Part shown: positions 28,481 through 36,887 of the stretch, one piece after another
How the letters are laid out: every line of letters begins with the position of its first letter
How positions within the stretch are numbered: position 1 is the first letter of the stretch
Assembly (NCBI GenBank): GCA_049695975.1
Contig: JBAVTE010000027.1
Span: forward strand, 32,972 to 96,971
Reading direction: 5' to 3'
DNA length: 64,000 nt
Source: Minisyncoccia bacterium
GTDB taxonomy: Bacteria; Patescibacteriota; Minisyncoccia; Phycocordibacterales; GWA1-40-21
Program-made: the position numbers and the translations under genes
Notes under the pieces: generated by a model
What the model was told of the DNA's origin: nothing
Database searches by the model: none
The model's input: only the letters and a program-made list of their open reading frames with translations

Positions 28481-29578
28481 ATGTCACTAAGTATTGGGAT
28501 AGTCGGATTGCCAAATGTTGGAAAATCAACGCTTTTTAATGCGTTAACTCGTAAGGCCGTACCTTGCGAAAATTATCCTTTTTGTACGATAGATCCATCC
28601 GTGGGCGTGGTTGCTGTGCCTGACGAACGACTGGGTAAACTTTCAACTTTTTCAAAATCAGCGAAAACTGTTCCTGCTGCGATAGAATTTGTAGATATTG
28701 CTGGACTTGTAAAAGGTGCTTCGGCAGGAGAAGGTCTCGGTAATAAATTTCTCACAAATATTCGTGAGACAGATGCTATTGCGGAAATGGTCCGTATTTT
28801 TGAGGATGAAAATATTATTCATGTAGCAAATAAAATTGATCCACTTTCTGATATTGAAGTTATCAATCTTGAACTCATTCTTGCCGATTTACAAACTGTT
28901 ACGAAACGACTCGGAAGTATTGAAACTGATATAAGAAGGGGTAGTAAAGATGCTGTGATAGAGAAAGAAGCTTTGGAAAAAATAAAAATATCTCTGGAAA
29001 ATGGCAAGCTCGGAAAAGTAGCTTCACTTAATGAAAAAGAAATTCCTCTTATAAAAGGGTTATGTCTTTTGACAATGAAGCCAATCCTATATGTTTTGAA
29101 TAAAAAATCTGGCGGAAAAAATCTTGACGATTTAAACGATGAACGGTATCAAAAACTTTTAACATTCTTCAGAGAAACAAACTCAAAATATGTAATCGTA
29201 GATGCAGGAATTGAAAATGAACTAAAAGAATTTGAGGGTGTAGATAAATATGATATGAGGGAAGGTTTGGGGGTCAAAGATGATGGAATAAATGATTTGA
29301 TAAAAGCCGGTTATGACCTCCTCGGACTTATCACTTATTTTACTACCGGAGAAGATGAAACTCGCGCTTGGACTATCAAGAAAGGTTGGACTGCACCTGA
29401 AGCCGGGACGGCTATTCACGGAGATTTCAAAGACAAGTTTATCAGAGCCGAGGTTATTTTCTGGCAAAACCTTTTAGATGCTGGTTCATACGGGAATGCT
29501 CGTGAAAAAGGACTAGTTCGCACAGAAGGGAAGGAATATATAGTTAAAGATGGTGATGTGGTGGAATTTAAAATATAG
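28481..29578 (+). CDS. ychF: Ribosome-binding ATPase YchF
   Basis: G1 motif [12 protein letters not shown] and C-terminal TGS domain (DGDVVEFKI). The internal Met at 28481 fits the family N-terminus. Confidence 0.9.
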   Translation: MSLSIGIVGLPNVGKSTLFNALTRKAVPCENYPFCTIDPSVGVVAVPDERLGKLSTFSKSAKTVPAAIEFVDIAGLVKGASAGEGLGNKFLTNIRETDAIAEMVRIFEDENIIHVANKIDPLSDIEVINLELILADLQTVTKRLGSIETDIRRGSKDAVIEKEALEKIKISLENGKLGKVASLNEKEIPLIKGLCLLTMKPILYVLNKKSGGKNLDDLNDERYQKLLTFFRETNSKYVIVDAGIENELKEFEGVDKYDMREGLGVKDDGINDLIKAGYDLLGLITYFTTGEDETRAWTIKKGWTAPEAGTAIHGDFKDKFIRAEVIFWQNLLDAGSYGNAREKGLVRTEGKEYIVKDGDVVEFKI

Positions 29579-29640
29579 GACCTGATTTAAATTTTATTTT
29601 GTGGTATTATTGTAGTGTTATTAGTTATTAATTTAAAACT

Positions 29641-30201
29641 ATGGAAAATACACAAACAGAACCGAAAAAATATTCTCCTGTTATCAAGTGGTCACTCGTC
29701 GTAGGAATAGTAATCGTATTAAATTTATTTTTTAATTACTTGATCTCTCTAGTTTACAAAGCCCCAGAATATAATAATTTCTGTAAACAAGAACAAATAA
29801 TGCCAGTAGCAAATACTAGGGACGCTTGTTTGACAGCTGGTGGACAGTGGAGTGAATACAATCAAATAGATCCAAACACTACACCAGCAAAAGTGATTGG
29901 TGTTACTGGAAATTGCAACACACAATACACTTGCGGTAAAAATTTTGATGTTGCAAACAAGAGTTTTGAAAGAAATGTTTTTGTCGTACTTGTTGTTGTT
30001 GGCGTGATTCTTGTCGCATTGAGTTTTATTTTAGTTTTTAATTGGATTGTTTCAGTATCTTTCTCAATGGGAGGAATTTTGTCAATTATTATTGCTTCGA
30101 TGAGATATTGGGGGAATGCAGACAATCTTATTAGGGTTCTAATATTATTCTTTGCACTTGTCGCTCTTATTTATTTTGCAATTAAAAAGTTTACAAATTA
30201 A
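29641..30201 (+). CDS. Hypothetical membrane protein with Cys-rich ectodomain
   Basis: TM helices flank a Cys-containing loop. Confidence 0.5.
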   Translation: MENTQTEPKKYSPVIKWSLVVGIVIVLNLFFNYLISLVYKAPEYNNFCKQEQIMPVANTRDACLTAGGQWSEYNQIDPNTTPAKVIGVTGNCNTQYTCGKNFDVANKSFERNVFVVLVVVGVILVALSFILVFNWIVSVSFSMGGILSIIIASMRYWGNADNLIRVLILFFALVALIYFAIKKFTN

Positions 30202-30253
30202 TTTTCAAAAATAATAAAATGTGGGTCACATTTGCTTATTGCTAGTAGAAATA

Positions 30254-30288
30254 AAAAAGCGAGTCCCGTCGTGGGGCTCGCTTTAAAA
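30254..30288. terminator. Bidirectional rho-independent terminator between convergent genes
   Basis: AAAGCGAGTCCCGTCGTGGGGCTCGCTTT. Confidence 0.65.
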
Positions 30289-30305
30289 TGATCGCATCTA
30301 AACAA

Positions 30306-30506
30306 CTAAATAACGAGTCTACACTCAATGGGAAATTTTGTTTTACATTCATCACAAACTATCCCCACACCTTCAATATGTTCCCAACTATTCTTTGAAA
30401 TGATTAGTTTGATAGGCGTATCTAAAATGTCTCCTTCCAATTCTTTTCCACAGTGGTTTCCACAAATCACAAAATACCTAAGATGTAATTTGCCTATTTC
30501 CATCAT
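30306..30506 (-). CDS. Small zinc-ribbon-like protein (CxxxC ... CxxC)
   Basis: 66 aa with CGNHC and CDEC pairs. Confidence 0.4.
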   Translation of the reverse strand: MMEIGKLHLRYFVICGNHCGKELEGDILDTPIKLIISKNSWEHIEGVGIVCDECKTKFPIECRLVI

Positions 30507-30576
30507 AAAGATCTCCTTATAATTAATTGTTTATGTTCTTCTATTAAAAATTTATCATATATGATATAACTTTGCA

Positions 30577-31800
30577 ATGACAGTTAAACAAAAAAAATCT
30601 CAAAAAGTCTTCGTGGGAATGTCTGGGGGAGTCGACTCTTCCGTTTCTGCAGCACTTTTAAAAAAGGATGGGTATGACGTAACTGGAGTTTTTATAAAAG
30701 TTTGGCAACCTGACTTTGTAGAATGCACTTGGCGAGAAGATAGACTTGACGCGATGAGAGTTTGTGCCAAACTTCACATACCTTTTTTTACACTTGATTT
30801 GGAAAAAGAATATAAAAAAGAAGTCGCTGACTATATGATAGATGAGTACAAAAAAGGAAAAACTCCGAATCCTGATGTAATGTGTAATAAATATGTAAAG
30901 TTCGGCGCTTTTTTTGATTGGGCTATAAAGCAGGGTGCTGATTTTGTGGCGACGGGGCATTATGCACGCGCAAGCAAAGTTCTAGAAGATAGTTCGTCGG
31001 AGTACGGGTTGGCTGCCCAGCGGGAAGTCAACCTCAAGTCTCGGCCTCGCTCGTCCGCTCCAGAAAGCGGACACCTGTGGCCTGTCTCGGCCTGCGAAGC
31101 CTCCAAAAACGAACTATCTTCTAGGACTTTACCTACCCAACTCTTGGCCGGCAAAGACAAGAATAAAGACCAATCATATTTTCTCTGGACTCTTACTCAA
31201 AAGCAATTACAAAAAACACTTTTTCCGATAGGCAACACCGAAAAACCAGAGGTCAGAAAAATTGCCAAAAAGCTCGGACTTTCGACTGCGGAGAAAAAGG
31301 ATAGTCAGGGTGTTTGCTTCCTCGGCAAATTTGATATGAAAGATTTTTTGAATCATTATATAAAAGAATGTCTTGGAAAAGTTTTAAATGAAAAAGGGGA
31401 GGTGGTAGGTAGTCATAATGGAGCAATATTTCTCACAATAGGGCAGAGACATGGTTTTAAAATTATAAAAAAAACAAATTCGAGCAAACCACTTTTTGTG
31501 ATAGCAAAAAATTTACAAAAAAATACAATTACTGTTTCTGAAAATCCAGTACAAGATACAGGTGAGTCCAAAGAAATTGAAATAGAGAAAGTCAGCTGGA
31601 CGGGAGGAGTGGATCCAGATTTATCAAAAAGATATTTTGCCAGAATCCGATATAGACAAACGCTTTTACCGTGTAAAATCAAAAAAAGTGTTGGTAGCGT
31701 TGTCATTTCTTTTGAAGAATCACAAAAAGCAGTTTCCTCGGGACAATCTCTAGTAATATATGATGGGGAAGTATGCCTCGGTGGCGGAATAATAAAATAA
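30577..31800 (+). CDS. mnmA: tRNA-specific 2-thiouridylase MnmA, carrying an in-frame ~50-aa GC-rich insertion
   Basis: PP-loop SGGVDSS, DQSYFLW, and C-terminal beta-barrel domain. A foreign segment lies between GHYARA and LAGKDKNKDQSYF. Confidence 0.88.
   Translation: MTVKQKKSQKVFVGMSGGVDSSVSAALLKKDGYDVTGVFIKVWQPDFVECTWREDRLDAMRVCAKLHIPFFTLDLEKEYKKEVADYMIDEYKKGKTPNPDVMCNKYVKFGAFFDWAIKQGADFVATGHYARASKVLEDSSSEYGLAAQREVNLKSRPRSSAPESGHLWPVSACEASKNELSSRTLPTQLLAGKDKNKDQSYFLWTLTQKQLQKTLFPIGNTEKPEVRKIAKKLGLSTAEKKDSQGVCFLGKFDMKDFLNHYIKECLGKVLNEKGEVVGSHNGAIFLTIGQRHGFKIIKKTNSSKPLFVIAKNLQKNTITVSENPVQDTGESKEIEIEKVSWTGGVDPDLSKRYFARIRYRQTLLPCKIKKSVGSVVISFEESQKAVSSGQSLVIYDGEVCLGGGIIK
30978..31128. mobile_element. 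151-bp GC-rich insertion with 19-bp terminal inverted repeats, in-frame within mnmA (MITE-like)
   Basis: Left end AGTTCTAGAAGATAGTTCG; right end CGAACTATCTTCTAGGACT (18/19 reverse-complementary). Interior is about 62% GC against about 33% in the host gene. Confidence 0.6.
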
Positions 31801-31816
31801 ACGGTATAATCCCTCT

Positions 31817-32668
31817 ATGCCAGAATTTTATATAACGAAATATAATGGAGACAAAGAACTTTTTGATCCACAGAAATTAAAATTATCTCTTTTAAATATC
31901 GGAGCCATACCAGACGTGGCGGATCTTGTAATGGAAGAAGTTTCTAAAAATATTAAAGACGGCTCATCTACTCGTGAGATTTATCGGATGGCTTTTGCTT
32001 TTCTGAAAAAGAGAGAAAGGCCTGTCGCTATAAGATATTCTTTAAAGAAAGCAATAGCTGACCTTGGTCCCACAGGATTTCCTTTTGAAAAATTTGTGGC
32101 AGAAATTTTTAAGGCTCAAGGTTATAATGTAGAAACAGACAAAATTATCAAAGGACATTGTGTTGAGCACGAGATAGATGTTCTGGCATGGAATGAGCAT
32201 GAATTAATTTTAACGGAAGCAAAATTTCACACTGATTTCAGTATGAAATCAGATTTGAAAGTCGCCCTATATATAAAAGCAAGATTTGATGATCTAGCAA
32301 ACACAAAGATTATGATAGGGGGCAAGGAAAGGACGATGACAGAAGGTTGGCTCGTTACAAATACCAAATTCAGCCAAACCGCCATTGAATATGGCCAGTG
32401 TCAAAATCTAAACATGGTCGGATGGAATTACCCTTTTGGAAATAATCTACATAATATGATAGAAAAGGCCGAGCTCATTCCTCTCACAGCACTTACTACA
32501 CTAAATACATCAGAAAAACATATATTTTTATCTCGTGGTATTGTCTTATCTACAAGTTTGTTAGACGAGTCTCTTTTAAAAGAGTTCAATTTTTCCGAAA
32601 CTAGAATCAAAAATATAAAAACAGAAGTAAGCGAGCTTTGCGAACATTGTAAATTACAAATAAAATAA
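31817..32668 (+). CDS. ATP-cone domain fused to a PD-(D/E)xK restriction-endonuclease-like (Mrr-cat-like) domain
   Basis: N-terminal ATP-cone (YITKYNGDKELFDPQKLKLSL). Central HEIDVLAW...LTEAKFH matches D-x(n)-E-x-K. Confidence 0.55.
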   Translation: MPEFYITKYNGDKELFDPQKLKLSLLNIGAIPDVADLVMEEVSKNIKDGSSTREIYRMAFAFLKKRERPVAIRYSLKKAIADLGPTGFPFEKFVAEIFKAQGYNVETDKIIKGHCVEHEIDVLAWNEHELILTEAKFHTDFSMKSDLKVALYIKARFDDLANTKIMIGGKERTMTEGWLVTNTKFSQTAIEYGQCQNLNMVGWNYPFGNNLHNMIEKAELIPLTALTTLNTSEKHIFLSRGIVLSTSLLDESLLKEFNFSETRIKNIKTEVSELCEHCKLQIK

Positions 32669-32669
32669 A

Positions 32670-33479
32670 ATGGCATTTGAATACAAAAAAAGAACAAGAG
32701 GTGTCTACAATCCGAGTGACAAAGAATCATTTCGTCTTTCTCGTTCTAAAATTGATTTATTTGTGCAGTGCCCCCGATGTTTTTATTTAGATATTCGTTT
32801 TGGTACAGGTCGTCCGTCATCTTTCCCATTTACATTAAACAACGCAGTAGATTTACTCATGAAAAAAGAGTTTGACATTCATCGCGTTGCTCAGACCGCA
32901 CATCCCCTTATGAAAAAGTATGGCATAGATGCTGTGCCTTTCAATGATCCACGAATGGAAGAATGGCGAGACGCAATGCGTAGAGGAATATCTTTTTTGC
33001 ACAAACCGACGAATCTCCCGATCAGAGGTGGCATAGATGATGTATGGGTAGATCCAAAAGGTCAGCTTATGATTGTAGATTATAAAGCTACAAGCAAAGA
33101 CGAAGAGATCACTTTAAATGACGAATGGAAAGACGCCTACAAACGCCAAATGGAAATCTATCAATGGCTTTTCAAACAAAACGGTTTCAAAGTATCTGAA
33201 ACAGGATATTTCGTGTATGTAAACGGAAAGACAGACAAAGAAGCTTTTGACGGCAAGCTAGAATTTGATATTTCCATTCTTCCTTACAAAGGCAACACAG
33301 ATTGGATAGAAAAAGTTATTTTTGATATGAAAAAATGTCTAGAGTCAGAAGTTCCTCCAGACCCTGCCGAAAAATGCGAATTTTGTGCATATAGGAAAAT
33401 CACCGGCCAAGTCCTCCTCGATATTTCCAAAACGCAAAAACTTAAAAAACAAGAAAAATCCGACAAAACACTTTTTTAG
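32670..33479 (+). CDS. Cas4/RecB-like PD-(D/E)xK nuclease with Fe-S cluster cysteines (standalone)
   Basis: GGIDDVWVD...IVDYKAT, QxxxY motif (QMEIYQ), N-terminal CPRC and C-terminal C-x12-CEFC. Confidence 0.65.
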   Translation: MAFEYKKRTRGVYNPSDKESFRLSRSKIDLFVQCPRCFYLDIRFGTGRPSSFPFTLNNAVDLLMKKEFDIHRVAQTAHPLMKKYGIDAVPFNDPRMEEWRDAMRRGISFLHKPTNLPIRGGIDDVWVDPKGQLMIVDYKATSKDEEITLNDEWKDAYKRQMEIYQWLFKQNGFKVSETGYFVYVNGKTDKEAFDGKLEFDISILPYKGNTDWIEKVIFDMKKCLESEVPPDPAEKCEFCAYRKITGQVLLDISKTQKLKKQEKSDKTLF

Positions 33480-33487
33480 ACAAAAAA

Positions 33488-34120
33488 ATGTCAAAATTAA
33501 AAATAATTTACAATAAGGATTTCGATGTTAAACGGGTTATAAATACAATTAAAAAAATAGATTGGTTTGTTGAGAATAAATATGAATATAAGAAATTTTC
33601 ATTCCCAAAAGTATTAGACGTAGAAAAACTGAAAGATTATTCAGATGAAGAAATAGAAAATGCTGTTATATCTGAATATGATGAAGAAGTTTATAAAAAG
33701 AATGAAACTTTTTTAATTAATCATTGGTATAAAATATCAGAAGAAATAAAGAACAGTTTTTCAAAAAGCTCTATTCCTGTACAAAATGAATATATAATAT
33801 ATTTTACAAAATATGGTACAGGGGGTAGTTATAACCTACCAAATACTGTAATTATAAATTTAACTAGCCGTTGGGAGGTTGGAATGTTGAGAACGATAAT
33901 CCACGAGATTATTCATCTTGCTATAGAAGAAAATATAATTAAATATAAAATAGGGCAAGCACAAAAGGAAAGAATTGTAGACCTATTTTTCGTCTACAAT
34001 TTTCCAAGAAGAGTATATATGCAAAATGTTTATAATTCTACAAATACAGGAAAAATTGATCAAACATTTGATGATAATTTTCCTGACATGAATGCTGTTA
34101 TTGAAAAATCTTCCCAATAA
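33488..34120 (+). CDS. Hypothetical protein with HExxH motif
   Basis: HEIIHLAIEE. No other recognisable domain. Confidence 0.4.
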   Translation: MSKLKIIYNKDFDVKRVINTIKKIDWFVENKYEYKKFSFPKVLDVEKLKDYSDEEIENAVISEYDEEVYKKNETFLINHWYKISEEIKNSFSKSSIPVQNEYIIYFTKYGTGGSYNLPNTVIINLTSRWEVGMLRTIIHEIIHLAIEENIIKYKIGQAQKERIVDLFFVYNFPRRVYMQNVYNSTNTGKIDQTFDDNFPDMNAVIEKSSQ

Positions 34121-34161
34121 AGTTTGACCGTGCAATTATCAAAAAGAATAAATATATAAAT

Positions 34162-34575
34162 ATGCAAATAAAAGCTCAAGCAATAGTTTATAAAATAATA
34201 AAAGGAGAAATTTACTGTCTATGTTTAAAGAGATGTCTTTCGGATGGTGGTTTTTGGCATGTTATTACAGGTACTTTTGAAGATGCTGAGAACGATAAAT
34301 CATGTCTTCAGAGAGAAATTATGGAAGAACTTGGTGAGCAAAAAATTCTAAATATTTCCCCGAGGTTAAAGGAATGGATATGGAAGAAAAATAATGATGA
34401 TATTGTAATATATGATTATGCTCTTTGTTTGGATGATAATGATATTATTTTAAACGAAGAACATACTGAATTTGTTTGGCTAAAACCAGAAGAAGCCTAT
34501 AATAAATATGAAAAAACTTCCGCAAAAGAAATGATTAGTTTACTGAAAAATTATTTATTTCAAATTAATGAATAA
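34162..34575 (+). CDS. NUDIX hydrolase
   Basis: Nudix box GTFEDAENDKSCLQREIMEELG. Confidence 0.8.
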   Translation: MQIKAQAIVYKIIKGEIYCLCLKRCLSDGGFWHVITGTFEDAENDKSCLQREIMEELGEQKILNISPRLKEWIWKKNNDDIVIYDYALCLDDNDIILNEEHTEFVWLKPEEAYNKYEKTSAKEMISLLKNYLFQINE

Positions 34576-35382
34576 ATGCAAGATAATTACGAGAGATTAG
34601 GTGTATATTATAAAGCTATGAAAAAAAATAAAAAAATACATATTGCCGTTTTATTTGGTGGAAAATCGGCTGAACATGAAGTATCAATTAGGTCGGCACA
34701 AAGCATTTATAATGCTCTTGATAAGCAAAAATATGACATTACTCTTATTGGCATAGATAAAAATGGTGTTTGGATTCCTTTTAATACGGAGAAATTACTT
34801 TCCAGCAAGAGAATACTTTTGAGTGAACAAAATATGAATGTTAGCACAGCTGTAGCCTCTTATGGTACTAATGGAGAATTTTTAGCAAAGAAAGGTAATG
34901 GTGGTATGAAAAAAGTTGACATTGTCTTCCCGGTTCTTCACGGTCCTTTTGGCGAGGACGGCACAATTCAAGGTTTGTTAAAGTTAGCTAATGTCCCTTT
35001 TGTCGGAGCGGGTGTTCTAGGTTCGGCGGTTGGAATGGATAAAGATGTTGCGAAGAGACTTTTACGAGATGCCGGTCTACCGACTGCCCACTTTCATGTT
35101 TATAACGAATATGAGAAAAAAACTATTTCATTTGAAAAAATTAAGGTAAACCTTGGATTACCATTTTTTATTAAACCAGCAAATCTCGGATCTTCTGTTG
35201 GTATCACAAAGGTTCATAATAAAGCTGAATTTTTAAAGGCAATAAATTCTGCATTTCACTATGACAATAAAATCCTTATTGAGGAATATATAAGGGGCAA
35301 GGAAATTGAGTGTTCTGTATTAGGTAATGGAAAGCCAACCGCATCAGTTTGTGGGGAAATTATTCCTCATCAATCCTCCTAG
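34576..35382 (+). pseudogene. ddl: D-alanine-D-alanine ligase, C-terminally truncated (about 95 aa missing)
   Basis: N-terminal and central ATP-grasp domains are intact (VLHGPFGEDGTIQGLL, FIKPANLGSSVGI). It stops just before the expected FYDYEAKY/Mg-binding region, and the truncation coincides with the left edge of the inserted island. Confidence 0.6.
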
Positions 35383-35410
35383 GATAAATAAAGTTAGCAT
35401 CAGTATAGTC

Positions 35411-35476
35411 GGGTCCTTGCGCGTCTGAATTGATATATTTAATATTTCGATTCAGATTGCGCAAGGCCCTTTTTTT
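35411..35476 (+). terminator. Long-stem rho-independent terminator
   Basis: GGGTCCTTGCGCGTCTGAATTGA-loop-TCGATTCAGATTGCGCAAGGCCC followed by TTTTTTT. Confidence 0.7.
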
Positions 35477-35673
35477 ATATTTTTTTATTTTAATTTTTTC
35501 AACTTGGACATGTCATGTCCAAGTCTAATTATCAAGTCTAAACCTTGCTACGCCTTGTAATTCCTGCGGAGGCAGGAATCCATCTTCTCTTCATCCAATC
35601 TTTTTCCGTCTGTTATTGCGAGAAAGTTTCTGACGAAGCAATCAAGTATTTTATCTTCTGACCCTAAAAGTTC

Positions 35674-36270
35674 TTAGCAAGGAATTTCCTTGCTATGTGA
35701 ATTGGAATAGTCTAAAAGATTTTTAATTTCCTTAACATAATTTGGATTTGAAATATCATGGTCTGAGTTTGAAACAATTATTCTCTTTTTCTTACCTTTC
35801 CACAGATCAAAATATTTTTTGTCACCATTTGGAAATAAATCTTTTTCTTCTGAACCACATAAGAATATTGCAGGTGTTTTTGTATTATTAGGAAAATCTT
35901 GTTTTCTAAAAGCAGTAAACCTCCTCCTACCAAGAATTTTTTCTGCTATTTTTGGCAAAAAATTAATATCATTACTGAAATATGGAGATAAAGAACATAA
36001 AATTAGTTTTGAAAAAGTATGATATTTTGTGGACAATACTGCGATATATGCACCGAGAGAAAATGCTAGAATTATAGAGTCATTTTGATAATTTTTATCA
36101 ATAATTTTATTAAAGTCCTCTAGCCATCTTTCTATTGTATTCCATTTCCATTTTGGCTGATAGAATACAACATTATATTTTTTTGATTTTAAATACTCAA
36201 TAAAATCTAAATATGGAGCATCTCTTAAACTTTCACCAAATCCAGGAATGATATAAATTGTTTGTTTCAT
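35674..36270 (-). CDS. Alpha/beta-hydrolase fold protein
   Basis: Nucleophile elbow AFSLGAY and beta-strand start IYIIPGFGES. Start is ATG at 36270 or an upstream TTG at 36342. Confidence 0.65.
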   Translation of the reverse strand: MKQTIYIIPGFGESLRDAPYLDFIEYLKSKKYNVVFYQPKWKWNTIERWLEDFNKIIDKNYQNDSIILAFSLGAYIAVLSTKYHTFSKLILCSLSPYFSNDINFLPKIAEKILGRRRFTAFRKQDFPNNTKTPAIFLCGSEEKDLFPNGDKKYFDLWKGKKKRIIVSNSDHDISNPNYVKEIKNLLDYSNSHSKEIPC

Positions 36271-36370
36271 TGATAGTATTTTATCATATAAATAAAAAAG
36301 AGGTGATACTTTGCCTACTTTTTGAAATTTGAAATAAAACAAGTGTTTTTTCTGTGCATAACACCCCCCA

Positions 36371-36399
36371 TTGACGCTAATTTTACTATTTGTTACAAT
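36371..36399 (+). promoter_or_regulatory. Sigma70-like promoter (TTGACG-17-TACAAT) driving the precursor-peptide operon
   Basis: TTGACG at 36371-36376, 17-nt spacer, TACAAT at 36394-36399. Confidence 0.55.
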
Positions 36400-36472
36400 T
36401 TACAGTAGAAACCTTAGGTGTTCTAAGGTAGAGTAGGTTAGATAAGTTCATTAACAGAGAAAGGAGGTCTTT

Positions 36473-36592
36473 ATGCAGAGCCCAACTAAGAAGATGTTCA
36501 GTAAGAAAACGTTGAAGAACTCGTTTTTGCGGAGGAGGGTGTCTAGGGTCAGGTTGACTCAGGCCCTGAATGCCAGTAAGCCGGGAAGTTAA
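36473..36592 (+). CDS. 39-aa poly-cationic small ORF (candidate RiPP precursor peptide), absent from the ORF track
   Basis: AAAGGAGGT RBS lies 7 nt upstream. Sequence is MQSPTKKMFSKKTLKNSFLRRRVSRVRLTQALNASKPGS (net charge about +11). Directly followed by a hairpin, then the RRE/rSAM genes. Confidence 0.5.
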   Translation: MQSPTKKMFSKKTLKNSFLRRRVSRVRLTQALNASKPGS

Positions 36593-36612
36593 TCCCATAT
36601 TGGTGGTTGTCA

Positions 36613-36651
36613 GGTGGAACGCTCCGTATGAGCGTTCCACCTATTTTTTTT
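36613..36651 (+). terminator. Intrinsic terminator/attenuator between the precursor ORF and maturase genes
   Basis: GGTGGAACGCTC-CGTAT-GAGCGTTCCACC, a perfect 12-bp stem, followed by TATTTTTTTT. Confidence 0.75.
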
Positions 36652-36677
36652 GTTGTTTTTTGAATAAGGAGAATATC

Positions 36678-36887
36678 GTGAATGACAAATATGTAGCTCT
36701 TGTGGAAAACTTTACGTTGAAACAGTCTGTCACTTCTAGTGTCTTGTATTGTCTGAAGAGTGGTGCAATTTATGATCTTTCATTAGATCAAGTCGAGTTC
36801 TACATTTACTTGATGGATCTCAGACTATTGATCAGGTTATTGATAAATACCATAGGAAATCTAGATCCACAGTTGTACAGTTTCTAA
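36678..36887 (+). CDS. PqqD-like RRE (RiPP recognition element) N-terminal fragment, frame-shifted relative to the downstream rSAM
   Basis: GTG start with AAGGAG RBS. YCLKSGAIYDLSLDQVEFYIY matches the PqqD/RRE core. The family continuation (LDGSQTIDQVIDKYHRKSRSTVVQFLNHL) is in the -1 frame, contiguous with ORF 36893. Confidence 0.5.
   Translation: MNDKYVALVENFTLKQSVTSSVLYCLKSGAIYDLSLDQVEFYIYLMDLRLLIRLLINTIGNLDPQLYSF

Noticed and set aside
31021-31110. Group I/II intron or intein inside mnmA
   Set aside because: Insertion is only about 150 nt, keeps the reading frame and has no intein splicing motifs or intron core structure. MITE-like insertion is more parsimonious.
36570-36887. ORF-track start MPVSREV... 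at 36570 for the RRE fragment
   Set aside because: The upstream part overlaps the precursor ORF 3' end and the 12-bp terminator hairpin. The GTG at 36678 with AAGGAG RBS is the plausible start.
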